A stretch of DNA of 63,613 nt, the filler included, from Intoshia linei (Eukaryota; Animalia; Orthonectida), in NCBI GenBank assembly GCA_001642005.1. It is 5 parts of 5 records of this genome, joined end to end, with 100 filler letters (N's around TTAATTAATTAA, not from the genome) between each part and the next. Parts side by side here need not be neighbours in the genome. Positions count along the whole stretch, not along the records: positions 1 to 30,935 come from LWCA01000347.1; 4 more parts are not named here. The stretch is one strand, 5' to 3'. Shown piece by piece: positions 1 through 14,900 of the stretch. The notes under the pieces are model-generated. The model was not told where the DNA came from and made no database searches. It saw nothing but the letters and a program-made list of their open reading frames with translations. Positions within the stretch are counted from its first letter, which is position 1. The number at the start of each line of letters is the position of its first letter. The position numbers were made by a program, and so were the translations under genes.

Positions 1-939
1 ATATAAATAAAATATGTCTGATCTGATGATTTTGATTGAAATAATTAAATTACCGTGAGAAATATCACTTAACCCTGAACTTTGAGTTGAATTTGAAAAT
101 CCGAACTTTCAGGAGGAACTAATGCAGTTGGCAACCCTATTCGTGAACAAATTAGCCTGTTTTTTTAAACCATTTTTTAATTTATTGAATTCGTTTAATC
201 TCAAATTTCCATGAATTTTTGGAAATGTCGATTTATGTTTGCTTTTATACTGAAGCTTGATGTTATTCATTTTATTAACAGCAACATTTTCTTGGCAGAT
301 TACACAAACAGGTTTGTTGTAGTGTTTTATAAAATAATATTCTAATTCTCATAATTTTTGGAAAATTCTGCATTCAGAGTTCACTTTTCTCTTTTTTATC
401 GTCTTGCACATTTAAGACGACAAAATATGTTACTATGTAAATTTTTAATCTCTTAATGTTAATTTTGATTATAATGTACAATTTAGGATTTTTAAAATTA
501 AAAAATAATTTTTATAATAAAAATTATTTCGGGCCGGATCTAAACACCGCGCGGGCCGTATGTTGCCCATCCCTGCCCTAACATATACATCAATTCATAA
601 ATAATTATTTATATAGACGTTTTAAAAATACCAATTTCAGCTACACATAACTGTTATAATTATAAGATACGGTAAAATATACAGAGAGTAAAATATTCTT
701 TTTTTCGATCACTTAGTATTATAAGGAAACAGATTTCTAAAACAATACACGTCGCTCGCCCAAGTTAAAAAGATATCTATCATTGATGCCCTTACTTTTT
801 TTGTCATGTACTTGGTAAAAACAGTCTAGCTAGACCAGTGTAATGTCCTAGTTACATTTTGTATATAATTTAATATAGTTATTGATTAAAATAAAGTTTC
901 ATCAAAGTCTTGAATGTCATAAATATAGGATATTGCAAC

Positions 940-1382
940 CAGTGGTTCCCAAACTTTATACACCATGGACCACTTGCCACAAAAAAATCCCTTAATCCTG
1001 AATATGTTACTAAGGTAACATGTTTATTTTATATTTTTCCTTAACTCAAAAATTTTACATTAATTTTGACATGGTAACTTCAATGGCGTAATTAAAAAAA
1101 TTATTGATTTCAAACATACCTATGGCAACCTACCAGTGCCGAATCTACCGTATCCGATATCCTTCTACTGAGGGATTTCGACAAAATGTTTTTAAAATGG
1201 GGGCTTTAATTTACTAAATTGAGCGTTAAATAAATTCTTGAATATCAACTAATTTGTGCGTTAAATTTAAAATGTCAACTCAAGAGTCTTAGAGAGGGTT
1301 AGGGTTAACTAACATTATAATTAGTTTAAAATTATTTTTGTGGGCACCTAGAATTTCCTGTGGACCACTTTGGGAACCACTG
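940..1382. mobile_element. hAT MITE
   Basis: TIRs CAGTGGTTCCCAAA / TTTGGGAACCACTG; TSD not conserved. Confidence 0.7.
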
Positions 1383-2946
1383 AGCTAGACTCTAGCTATA
1401 CAGAGAACCGACTTTTTAATTATAAGACCGAATTTTTTAATTGATATATAGTTTTTGTAGTAGTGATTTATGATAACGCTCATATTTTGTGTAAGGGTTT
1501 TTTTATGAAGTCATGAAACATAAATTCATTTAATAGTTTATTATTATTATTACTAATCTCTAAATTAACATTATTATATTATACTTATATATAATATATT
1601 ATGTATTTATTTTTGGTTTGTATACAAACCAATGTAAAATTATGTTTGTAGTTTTTGGCATCTATACATGCAATTGTCTTGTAAGGATTAACTCTTGGTT
1701 GTATTGCACTATAAATTACAAAATTTGAAATTGTCCGTATGTGGATGCACACTAGTTCGTATGATAGTAATTACGATTTTGAATAGATAGAATGATGATT
1801 ATTTTATAATGTAAATATTATCTTAATAATAATTTAATTTATTTAATATATTATAAATATTGAAACTAATATTTAAAATCTAGAGATAAATAATAAATAA
1901 ATTATTACGCTTAGCATCTAATATATCATGTATTAATAACTACTATATTAATCAGTATTTGTAAATTCAAATTTCAAACAGGATATAATATTTTAAGGGT
2001 CAAAAGGACCATTACGTAGTTTTAATATATGTATAGTTAATGTGTAACTCAATAAAAAGGTGATAGTTATAACAAAATTTGGTATTTATCTCATATTGCA
2101 CCATGAGTTATGGATACAAGATATTAATTAATATAAAAGTTAATTAATAATTTCCAGAGGCAGGGATGAATAAATCATAACGTAGCAGTTGTATAATTAG
2201 TGGATATGTGATCATTCCTCATATAATACAATGTCAGATAATATATATCAGTGACGGTAACCAAATCAAACGTGATCACCATATTGAGGCGTGTTAATTT
2301 TGAGATTATATTCGAAAATTATTTTCTGGTCCATTTTCCGATAAAAAAATGTTACTCAGCTTTCCAATTAAAACCAAAACTTAATTTTTACATATATGAG
2401 AGGAAATTTGACAAAAACAAACAATTTCAACTGGACGATACATGCAAATATTTGATTATTATTTATATTAATTAATATCAAAAAATAAAAAAAATAAAAA
2501 ATTTTTTTTTGGGTCAAAATAATATATATGTAATACATGTATAATTAACATAAATCACTTAATGACAGTCAGCTCAATGAAAAAAAAATAATTATTTTGA
2601 TTCACATCAGATTATAACGTTTCATATTTCTTATATTTTATCTGTAAAATAAAAAGAACACTCGAGAAATGTATAAATAATACATGACGATACACAATAC
2701 ACAATACACGAGACAATGTCATGTATAGATACCAAAAACTACCATCATAAAATTACTCCTCATACAATAACATGTAATACACGAAAGTAGGGAAACACTA
2801 CCTTACAATATATACACTAACACAGATATATTATCAACATTTAAACACAAAATTTATTAAACGAAAATTAAATATACATAAAATTAGAATATTGGCATGG
2901 TAATGGTTTTAGGTAATTATTTTGGAAATTTAAGTACATATACTAT

Positions 2947-5900
2947 CTAATTTTTGAGAAATCGTTGAATTTGGTGTTTCATATTTCCCAACTTTAAAGT
3001 AAAAATTTTAGTACTTTCAGAGTTTATAGATGAATGGTTTCTATCAGAATAATTATCAAGTACTGCTTTTTCCAAATTTTCAATTTGCGTTAAAATATTC
3101 TAAATATACAATAATAATAATGTAATAATTTTATAAATGTAATCAAATACTTGTAAATTATCAGCATCAGAGTGGAGTGTTGACTTCATTTTCACAATTT
3201 TATTTACATTGCCTTGTAAGGTTTCCATTTTTTTAAAATGGTTAGTAAAATTTTCATCAGTTTTGTTTTCAAGAAAATTTTCAATTAGAAAATATGAATA
3301 TTTTTTATATTCATATAATAAATTATTAATGTTTATTTTCATGGAATCCAATTGATTATCTTTTAATACAAAAATTGAATATGCAGCGTCGTTTAATTTT
3401 TCGATTTGGGTCTATAAATATTATTAACAATTACAAATAGAATCAAAAAATTATATTTACCTGAACTTCGATTAGATTACCAATATTTTGCTGTTTAGTG
3501 TCTAATTGATTGAAAAATTCAAGAGACTTGTTATAAACATTTTGGGAACTTTTAAATTTTTCTTCTTTATTTTTTAATTTATTCAAAATTATTTCTAAAG
3601 CTTCATCTCTTTTCTCGGATAAACTTGTATAATTTGCGAGTTTGTTTTGGTATGCTAAATTTATTGATAAATTGTTGAGTTTAAAATTTACTTTTTAGGC
3701 TATTCACGTTTTTGGCATATATACTGTCATTTTTTTTAAATTTATTATTTGTGGCACTGGCTTGTTTAATTAGTACATTTATTTGGTTTATTCTAGTCGT
3801 CTAAAATGTTTCATATGTATTAATTATTAATAATAATTTTTAATAATTTTTGATATTAATTTAATATCAAAAATGATGTATACGTCATTAGTACTCAAAT
3901 CGGCTACACGAAATTTTGAAAAATATGGGAACCACCCATATTAATATATTAAGTTAAATGTTAACGCTATTCTAATGTTCTAAATTCTATAACAAACTTT
4001 AATTTCAGAATATACAGTGTTGTATATATATATTGTAGTGATTCGACTGTATTAATAAATGTCAAATTCTATAAGTTGACTACAACATTAGAAAGACTGA
4101 ATGGAACTCAAATAAATATAAAATACATCACTCAGTTGAGTAAACTTCTGAATATTTAATTATATCCATCAAAAATGTTTTATAAAAATACGTGTCGATT
4201 TTTTTGGTATATGCTTGGGTCGATGGTTGATGGTAATGGCATTTTTAAAAGTTTATCTATATCACTAATTTCATCTCTGATAAAATTCAACAATTTAAAT
4301 AAATCTGGCACTTCATCTAAATAATAAAATTAGCATTCTTTATTATTTTTTAAATTTTACATACAAAATATAAACATATTTTGCGTGAACGCGTAACGTT
4401 AAGGGAATTCACTTTCAAAAAAAAAATTTAAAAAAAAATGCAAAAATTTGTTTGATTTTTTCTTTTGATCTACAATTACTAATTCTAGAAAAAAACAAAG
4501 ACATAGATAAGAGAACAAATAAGCAGTACATTCATTATAAACGGTCTAATGTTATGATTATTCTTTTATAGAAGGAAAGGGAATAATGAAAGATGCTCTA
4601 ATACAGTGGATTTAGGGTTCGTGACATTCAAATAAAATATAAAAAAATTTTATCAATTTTTTTCATTTTTAATAGCTATTACAATTTTGCCAAATGTTGG
4701 AAATTTGTCTCAAAGCCTCAACAACCGCTACATTATTTTTTAAAAAATCCCACCATTAATAAAATGTAATAATATTTATAATTAATGTAATTAAGTTAAT
4801 GAAAAATCCCCCTTCTTCCAATATTTTTTTGAAAAACATAATTTTAACAAATCTTATAAAAAAAAACTTTTAAATTTGAATCGGGAATCACTACTCTAAT
4901 AGGTATTAGAAGAGGAAAAGATCTTAAAAATTGATAAATTGATTATTAAACATACTATCAATTTCATCATTGTCCTTTTTAAAGCTAACTAGACTTCCCA
5001 AATATTTAATGGCTTTTACAACTGAATTTCCTTCATTGGATTTGGAATAAATTGGTTCAATATCACCCAAATAACCATCCCATTCTAGACTATCTCCAGT
5101 CAACTGCATAGAAAAGTCAATATTCATTGCACTGTCGTTTAAAGCATTTTCGCTTTCTGTTTTATTTGACATCTATAAATTAAAAATCAACATTATTCAT
5201 AAAACTAACATTAATAGTCAAATACAAACTACAGTATTCCCTCTCTGGATCGCCTAACGTGTAAATTTAAACCCTAATTTCTAAAGAATTTAGGTGAAAA
5301 AATCAATAATATGATAAATTAGTAAAATCGATGATTAATTCGCTCTATGATGTATCTTTCCAACAATACATGGCTCAAATAAATGTCGCTCTAGAGAATG
5401 GTTTTTAACCCGTGTTCCGCAAAATTTAATTGGGATTCCGTAAAATATAAATGCTATATTTTTCATTTTAAAGTTTTTCCAAATAAATAAATTTAAAAAA
5501 TATAAATTGAAACGTTTCTAAATTAATCAAACCAAAAATCATATTTTGATATGCTTTTTTAATTAAATAAATACGATCGGTCAACTTAATTAAAATACTT
5601 TTTGTGTATATTTTAAATTATCTTTTTTAGAATTTAAAAATATTTATTCTAAGCCAGTTTGTCTGATTTCCTATAATTTAGATCTGCATTTTAATATATT
5701 AAGTACTTTTTTTGATCAAAACAAGTCATAGAATGGATTAATGTCATATTAGTGGTTCTTACGTATTAACTAGGAAAAATCCAAATTATAATCTTACTTG
5801 CATTGACAGCAATTAAGCATAAGAAACGGGCAAAGCTGCTGTCGGTAGAAGAAGAACTTCGTGTATGTCTCTCAAAAACACGTCCAAGAATTAAAAACCT

Positions 5901-8900
5901 CGGTATAAAATATCGGGCCCAAATTTCTCATTGAGAAGGAAAAATTTCTTTATTAAAAAATTGTTTTCAATATTAGAAGCGTAATTTTTTAATTAAAAAT
6001 CAAGTTGTTTTATATATACGACATGCGAAAAAACATTTTTGATCATGCTTTTAGGTGTCGCGATTTTTTGAAATTTCATAAGGGTTCCGCGCAGTAAAAA
6101 AGGTTGAGAAACACTGATCTAGAGAATGGACGTCAAATTAAAAATATCGCCTCAAATATTGAATCCTGTAATTGGCACAATCGAGAGGAAATAAAGATAA
6201 ACCAAAAATTGAGTGTTTTTTCGACAAAATATTAACTGACCAATCCATTACTGATATAGACAATAAAAAGTTAATACCATGAAAATTCAAAATTGCTTAT
6301 AATTTTATTAAAATTATAGATTTAAGAATTAATAAACCCATACAAAACGACTAACCAATTGTAAGTTTTAATTTCCCATTATCTATTGAAATTATAACAT
6401 CCATAATTTGTAACATTATAGTTCCCATTAGTACCCAGTCACAACAGGTATATTAATTAAGACTTGGTATTGTAAGCCAAAAAAAATTATGGGAATTTGA
6501 TAATTAAAACTGTTTCAAGTAGGTAACAATTTACTCTATATGATCATATAATATAGTTTACTTTTAGTAATAATGTTCATAATGATAATAGTGTTTAAAC
6601 AATGGGCAATTTTTATCAAATTTAATATTTATAAAATTTTTTAAGGTGATTTGATGATTATTCAATGTAAAAATTCTTTTTAAAATAAATTTTACATTAA
6701 AAACCTAAGAAATTAACATATCTCTAATCTTATAAAATGGTCAAAATTTTAATAAAAATTATAAATTTCAGTAAATATCAAATTAACAAAAGTAAATTTG
6801 TAACATTCTCATGAAAATATTTAAAAAAAATACTAAACATTTAGAGTGATAAAGTTTTAAAATGACAAAATAAATATAAATTGTTGGTATAAAACCTCAA
6901 ATTTAAGTTGAATTCATCAAAATATAAATGTTTCCAGGATTAAATTTAAAATTATTGAGTTAAATTGTGAAATTTTTGGAGTAGCTAATTTAAATGAATA
7001 CTCGTAAAATTTATGAAATTGGAGTCGTTGTTATATAACTGCTCCGTGGAGTAATTTTCTGGCAACTCTAGTTTAGTGATAAATTTTAAAAATCATGAAA
7101 TTTGATCAATTATAATGAGGGTTAGGCACTAATGGATTAAAATCGAATAAATTACCGGAGATACGCTTCCTCTGTAGAGTAATGACTCATATGAAACATC
7201 AACTGGTTTTTCAATACCAACTTCCACTTTACCAAAATTGTGGATAATAAAATTAGCATTGCTAATTAAATTATTCAAGCTATTTACTTTTTTATTCAAT
7301 AGATTAAAATTCCCGAAATTTGAAAATTTTTTTGAAAAAGCAGATACTTTTTCTTCACATTTTTTAATTTCTTGTTCAATTTCATTCAATTTTAAAAGTC
7401 GTTCCTAAAAATATACATATATTTTTCAAATAAATATATAATGATACAACAATTATTTCCTTAAGAAATAAGAATTACTGAAGAATAATAATAATAATAA
7501 TAAAAACATATTCATTAAAAGTTGAACGACGTTATTATATATTATTTCACTAATATTAACATATTAAATAATTTGAAAAAATTGGATACAAAAATGGTAA
7601 ATAATTTGCTGTCTGTAAATATACCAATTATAATTGATAATTAATTAAAATATACATAAATACTATATTATTAAATTTTTATTAATTACATTAATATATT
7701 TAATAATTATTATATTTAAAAATATATGTATGTATCTGGGAGCATACTCCCTGGGCAGAGATAGCCGCTACTTGTATGAAGTACACAACAGAGAAGCTAG
7801 TTCAGTATTCATTTAACATAATTATATATACAATTAGACTTACCGGTAAATTTCGTTTACTAGCACAATTTTTCAAAGTATTAACAAAATTAGAAGTAAT
7901 TGTATGTACTTTTTTAATATTGTTTGCTACAAATTTGTAATATTTGATGAATTTTTCAATTCTAAAAATTAAATAATAATTGTATATATTATTATAAACT
8001 TTATTCGCATATTGTCAACCATTTTGCATTTTTTATTCCAAAAATATTCTATATGCTCGATAGTTCGCTTCATGTCGAGTCTGTCTTTTTCATTGGGACA
8101 AGCAGTCTTATCAGTTTGTAAAATTTCACATAATCCAATTATGGCATTTATAGAAGTACTTCTATTTATTATTTGTATCTTCATGTCCTATTTTAAATAT
8201 CAGATCTTCATATAATGAGCCCCAAGAATGGGTGGTAATGATTATAATTATAAATAGGTATATTCCATAACAAATTACTGTCAGTTATTTATGTTTATGT
8301 TATTCTATTGTTAATAGAAAAAAATATAAAATTTTGATTCCCTTTTTATAGTAAACATTAAAAAAAGTAAGGCATCCATAGAATAATTACATCGTATGAA
8401 AAAATTTTTTTTTCATTAATCGATTTAACAAATACAAAATCTAACAATGTAAGTAAAAATTGTGAAATTAGAGAAGAATTTACAACATATTTTAATATAC
8501 AGTATAACCTCCGTTATTCCCCAAAATAGAGATTTGAAATGTCAGGCGAATAATGAAAGTTATACTGTACTTCATTTCAAGTTATTTGAGGTCTATTTTT
8601 GAAATTTTACTAGTTTCTATAAAAAATAAATTAAGATTAAATGTAACCATAATATTAGTTGGCGGTTATATTAATGGTTTAAAAAATAAAAATATACTCT
8701 GAAACATATGAAAAATTTTGTCGAATAACGGAATCGGGCGAATTGCAGAATTTTACTATACTAGTATTATATAAATATAAATTAACCGGGCGAATAAATA
8801 CGGATATTTTACTGTATATAATTATATTATATATTATCTATACATTACAAAAATTTATTTATTATTAAGAAGTTATTAATATTTCATTTTTCTATTAGTC

Positions 8901-11900
8901 AAATTAACAATAAAATAATGTACATATAAATTATAATACATTTTATTAATTACTTCATAATCCCTCTGATATCTATTGTATATATCATTAACTGAAACGT
9001 TGGCTTTTTGAATGCTTAAATTGGCGTTGTATAGTGTGTTGATGGAATTGCTGTTCATCCAACTTCGCAATTCATAAACCATTTTATCGAAAGAATCAAA
9101 CGCTCTGATTATATCGTTTAAATTTGCGGTTCTGAAATTAAGTATATTCAATATATCCGTACAAATATATTAACATGTGTCTTCAATGAAGACTCTTCAT
9201 TGAAACAACAAAAATTCAATCGATAAAAATGAAAGATTTTATATTCAAAATTGAGCATTAAGAAAATTATATTCTTGAACATCGTAACTATTTTGTGGTC
9301 TCAATTAAAAATGTCAAGTCAAGAACCTTGAAGAAGTGTCTAGGGGTTATATGACATTACTCATCGTTTTTAAAATCTTTTCATGTGTCTATTTTTCATT
9401 TTCGGTGATCTTGAGATTTGGAGCCGGCTCTGCCTACACCTATCATCGCGGACTGCATTTCACAGCTTAAATTCAAGAGAAAACAGTTACGATATTGAAA
9501 AATTTATTAAATGCTCAATTTCAAAAAATGAAACCACAGTTTTTATACATATCAAATATTTTCCGAAAACACCAACTTCATCCATAAAAGGGTATCGGGT
9601 AAGATGGGTTCTGTTCTGTTCCGTTTGAGGACACAGGTTAATCAAATATATAAAAATATTTGGTACACGATGGCACATAAAAATCTGAGCTATACATTTC
9701 AAATTAAGATATACCTATTGCGAATCGTTAGCGTCATATGATTACCATAATCATGTAGGTGGTTCATTTTAAGTTTTATTATGGTTGTGTATGATACACT
9801 CGAACAGTCATATACTAATTTGTCAGAAATATTTTCTAGGTTATTAATTCGTGATTTGACATCTTTCATTTGATCTGAGAGCATCTAAAATTGATTATAA
9901 TTACTGATTTACAAAAGGAATATTTTTCAAAGTCGCAACATAAATCATGGAGCTACCTCACTCTAAATCACTGTTTACCCTTTCAAATAGTGTACGGACC
10001 CCATTTCAAAATATTTATTTTTTGGACCTAAAAGAAATATGAAATATAAAATATTTATAAAAAAATTAAAGGTTTTTTCTAATAACATTTTCAAAAAAAT
10101 ATTGGAAAAAGGGGATTTTTTCTTTAATGGTTGGTAAAATTGGATTAATTATTTATTTTGTGGTTTGATTATTAGTGGATATTTCAAAAAAATATCGGTA
10201 AATTTTTCGATTTTTCCCAGAAGGTTTTGAAATGGTATTTTTTATTAAATTTTATTGATGGTGGATAAAATTGGGATTTTTTAAAATAATAACGTAGCGA
10301 TCGTCTAGGCTTTGGGATAAATTCCCAACATCTGGCAACTCTGTAAAAAATATTAAAAATTCTTCTATAAACATATCCAAAAGTTGATAATATATTTTTT
10401 ATATTTTATTTGAATCTCACTGACCCCAGGCATATAATTTTGTATTTATGATAATAATATGTAGTTGATAATTGATTTAAAAAATATGACTCATTAGTAA
10501 GTTTTGTTTATACATAGTAATATAAACAAACTTTTATAATAACTACAATAATTATAATCTCAGTAAAGTCTACATTCCTGAAACAATACAAATAACAAAT
10601 TTGACTTGAATTTGAAAAACAAATATTACATTCAAATGCTTAAGAATAACATTAACATGTTTTTCATTAAGGTTTTTGAGTTTTTCATCAACTGAACCGA
10701 TATATGAAACGAGGTTACTGTATTCTACATCAAAATTTTTCCACGATTTGAGACAGGTTTGAATTTTAGTTTGGTATACTTGAATCATGTCTAAACAACT
10801 GTTGATCTGTTTGTGGATTAATGAAATTTTGTTGTCTTCAAATTCGGTAATGGCAATACTATTCAATTGTTTTGTTTTAAAAGCATTTTCTAGAGAGCCA
10901 TTTGTAAATTTGTACATTACTTTGATTATATTTTGTTTAAAGTAATTCAATGTAGTTGACAATTCCTAAGTGTAAAAGTAATTATAATGTTAATATAAAT
11001 TAATATCATATTATATTTATAATCATACGCTGCATTTAATTTCATTCAATTTTAATATATTGATATCGGCAGTAATTTGATCATTATCGCAGAATGTTAC
11101 AATTTCAGACGTTAATTGGTGAACACGGTTATACATACTGTTGATACATTCGGACTTTCTCATGCAATGCAAAATTGTATTTAATTTATCGGTAGATTGT
11201 TGAGCGAGTCTTTTGAAACTATTCTTTGCTGCACACAATTGTTCCCGGATATTTAGAAAATCAGTTGCCCTTTCTGCACTCAAGGAAGTCAAAATAGATT
11301 GACTCAATAAAACTATTTCATTGTAATACCATTTTAAATGGTTTATTTCGCAATCAAAACCCTAAATTTAAAAACGTTAATCAAATGATCAACCAATGAA
11401 TTACCAGCATTAAATTCCACTTTCTGTTTATGGAATATATTGATTCAGTTTTTTTAATTTCGATTTTATCAATTTTCTCATGTAGTAACTCATTAAATTC
11501 ATTAAATGAAATCATTTTCATTTTAAACAGATTTAAAACGGAAATGTATTGAAGAATCAAATCTTTTCGGTGTCTAAATCTTTTTTTAATGTTTCCCCAA
11601 TCAATGAAGGATGAATTCAGTTCATTGATATAATTCTTTTGAGACTCACATAAATTAGTACTATACATTGATGAATTTGAAGATTCATTTTCGTCTTCAC
11701 CAGAAAACAACATTTTTCCTTCATTAATGATGGCAATTAAAATAGGGTCATTAAAATTTAGTTTTTCGAAAAACAACTAAATTTCAGATAAAAGTTAGAT
11801 AAAATAAATTATAATATAAAAAATACACAAAATTCGAAATAGTGATCCATCATATCATCGATGTTGGTTGTAAATTTGATAAGTAACATTTTATCTATAT

Positions 11901-14900
11901 TTTTTAAAAATGATACCCAGTTATCACATTTTTTTTGAAATGTCTAAAATTTATTTATATATAATTGATTTCAAAATATTCAAGGTATATTACCATTTGA
12001 CTAGAGCATTTTTGTTCCAAAACATAGATACTTTCAATCACTTGATTTTTGCAAACTTGTAAATTTTTTTTAACGTTTTCATGACCATCGTATGTCAATA
12101 AAATGTCCTTTTTTAATTTTAGTTTGTTTTGAAAATGATCACACATGTAAATCTTTTTACTGATTATTCTATAATACAAGTACATTAAATCCTTTTGTTT
12201 TCCAATTTTATCAGATATTTTTGAATCATTTTTAAATTCTTCCAACATATGTGATGTATCATTAATTATCATTTTTACTTCATCAATAGTCGATGTAGAA
12301 GTTGTGGTCAATTCATCATATTCCTGCCGAATTGATTCAATTTCTTCACAATGGTTGCTTGACTTTTCTCTATTTATCAATTCAATACCGTTTTCTATCT
12401 TTAATAAGTTGTCATTTATTTTTTGCAGAGATATTGAATCAATATTGTTAACTATTGATTTGTACCTTTCCTTTATTTCAACAACTTCAGTTTCAATATC
12501 CTGAAAATTTAATTTATACTTATGTGTGTAAGCATTTATTTAAAAAACTACCCATAGAAGTAGTTTAAAAATCATAATTATAGCTCAGTGTTTTCCGATG
12601 CAGAAAGTAAGATACATTTCACTCTCAGAAATTTGCATCTTCACGTTCAAACCACAAATTATCAAAGAATGAAAAATAAAAGTTTTAAAATTAAAAAAAT
12701 CTTGGCTAATACAGCTTTTTTTATTTGTAAAGATATACATTTTTCAAAAATTTCGTCGATCCCAAAGAGTGACTTCGGTGGGAAGCTTCGATTCTGTCAC
12801 AAGTTTACAATCAAAATCTATAACTAGGGTTCGAAAACTAATTAAAAAATTGAAAACAAATATTTGATGTTGGTTGTAATGATTATTTCTTTACTACTAA
12901 ATCTGATTCTAATATATACTTTTGATATAACTCACCTACGATGTCTAACTGGTAAAGTGATGATAGTCATAATTTTTTTTCTGCGTGGTTAAAGTTATAA
13001 TCTTGATTTGGCATTTTTTAATTTAAAATGAATTTATCTGAGTTCGAACTCTGCCAATCGTTACATTAATTAATCTTAAAAATATGATTTATTATATACT
13101 ATAATATACTATAATATAGTATATTTTATGGATTATGGGTCACAACCTTTTTTAACCGTTTTCAACTAATACACTGACTATAAAAATATTTCTAATCGGA
13201 ACCTATTTCAACAAAATCGCCTTGCGGAGCCTAATAAAAAATGTTTTTGTATAATAGTAGAAAACATAAAAATTAAAATTTGGAATAATTCGAAGCACTT
13301 TCGTTGTATATTTGAAAATTATCGGCAAAACATAGTGTAAGAAATATTTGACTTATCCATATATTATAATTTAATGTAGCAAGTATATCCTTTCCTTACT
13401 TATATAATATGCTACGCAATATTTGTTTGTGTGTGTATTCCACTTTATTTCAATAACTATTAATCTTAAAATTTTATGAAGTCCACATTTCAATTACAGT
13501 TTTTTCCGGGACATATAATAAGATAAATTTCAACTTCCCAAACTCACATCTTACGGGTCAAACACTCCAATTGTCCCTCTTTTTGAAAATCAAACAAGTT
13601 GAAGAATTTAAAAAAATATATACGTTGATACGGATTTTAAAATCATAAACATTATCATAAATTTAAATTTAAAAAAACTATATTTTCAGGGCCAAAACCA
13701 CAAATTACCCTTTCTTTTTTTATGAAAACAGTCCTAGAATTTAAAAAAATTTACTGGTTGTACAGTTGTATCCTGTTAACACACACAAAAATTTTCAATC
13801 CGAATAAGTGAAGACTTCACGGTCAAAAAATCATTTTAGTATTCATATATTTATTTTCCGAAATATTTTATTAAAACAAAAAATGTGAAATAATTAACGA
13901 TCCCAAAATTAAAAAAATAAATTATTCTGATAGATCTTATTCCAGTTAATATAAATACAAAATTTCAACCCGAGAAATCTACGAATTCCCGATGAAAAAT
14001 AATTTTTAATATATTATCAACCAATATTTTTCAAATATTTCGAATTAAAATAAAAATGAAAATGCAAATTGATCGTACAATTTCAAACAAAATGTGCATT
14101 GAACGTCTACACTTTTCCAATAAAGAAATATGGGTGAAAATTTATATAATTCATTCCTTCGGAATTTTTTTTATTGCTACGCAATTTTTAAATTTCAAAT
14201 TATCATTTTTAAAACATTTTGAATAAAATTTTAATAGAAACTACAACAACGAAACTAAAAGTCATACAACTTTTTTATTATCATTTTTATATTTATTCCA
14301 ATCCTTTGCAATATTGGTAAAATTCGCCTGAAATATGTTTGAAAAATCTGAAAAATCGTTAAAAATTTAACTGACGGAATAGACACGTACATATATTTAA
14401 TATGCAACCTTAAAATCACAGACTATCAAATAGACGTAAATACATAAGAAACTAAGTATCTTATTACAAAAAAATTTTTATTTTAAAAAATATTTATAAT
14501 TTATGAGTCATAGTATCAGACGAGCTGGTACCCCAAAATAATTATAGTATCCCATTTGGCAATCGCTGACCTAATACATAACCTAAATTAAAATATAAGT
14601 TTACCTGAAGAACCGAATAATTAATTGTAGAAATTTCAATGGAAATATCTTCAATTCTTTTAATCATTTTATCAGCAACATTTTTTTTGACTCTCATATC
14701 ACAAATAATATTTTCTAGTGAATGAGAACAATCTTGCCATCTAAATGAATGAATATGATAGTATATGATTACTTGAAACTTATTTTTATATAAACTATAA
14801 TGAATGGTAAATAATGAAATTATATTGTAATAAAAAATCCAATAAAAGCAAAAATAGTTTATCAATACTTTATTCAATCCATTTTTTTAATCCTGCTATG

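Noticed and set aside
1994-2086. Minus-strand frame ending ...LKLRNGPFDP*, resembling a KASH tail
   Set aside because: Only 30 codons, preceded by a stop, with no in-phase acceptor, no PPPx end and no proper TM-lumen spacing.
12975-13056. tRNA-like A/B boxes (CGTGGTTAAAG ... GAGTTCGAACTC)
   Set aside because: No cloverleaf can be formed; at most a decayed SINE.
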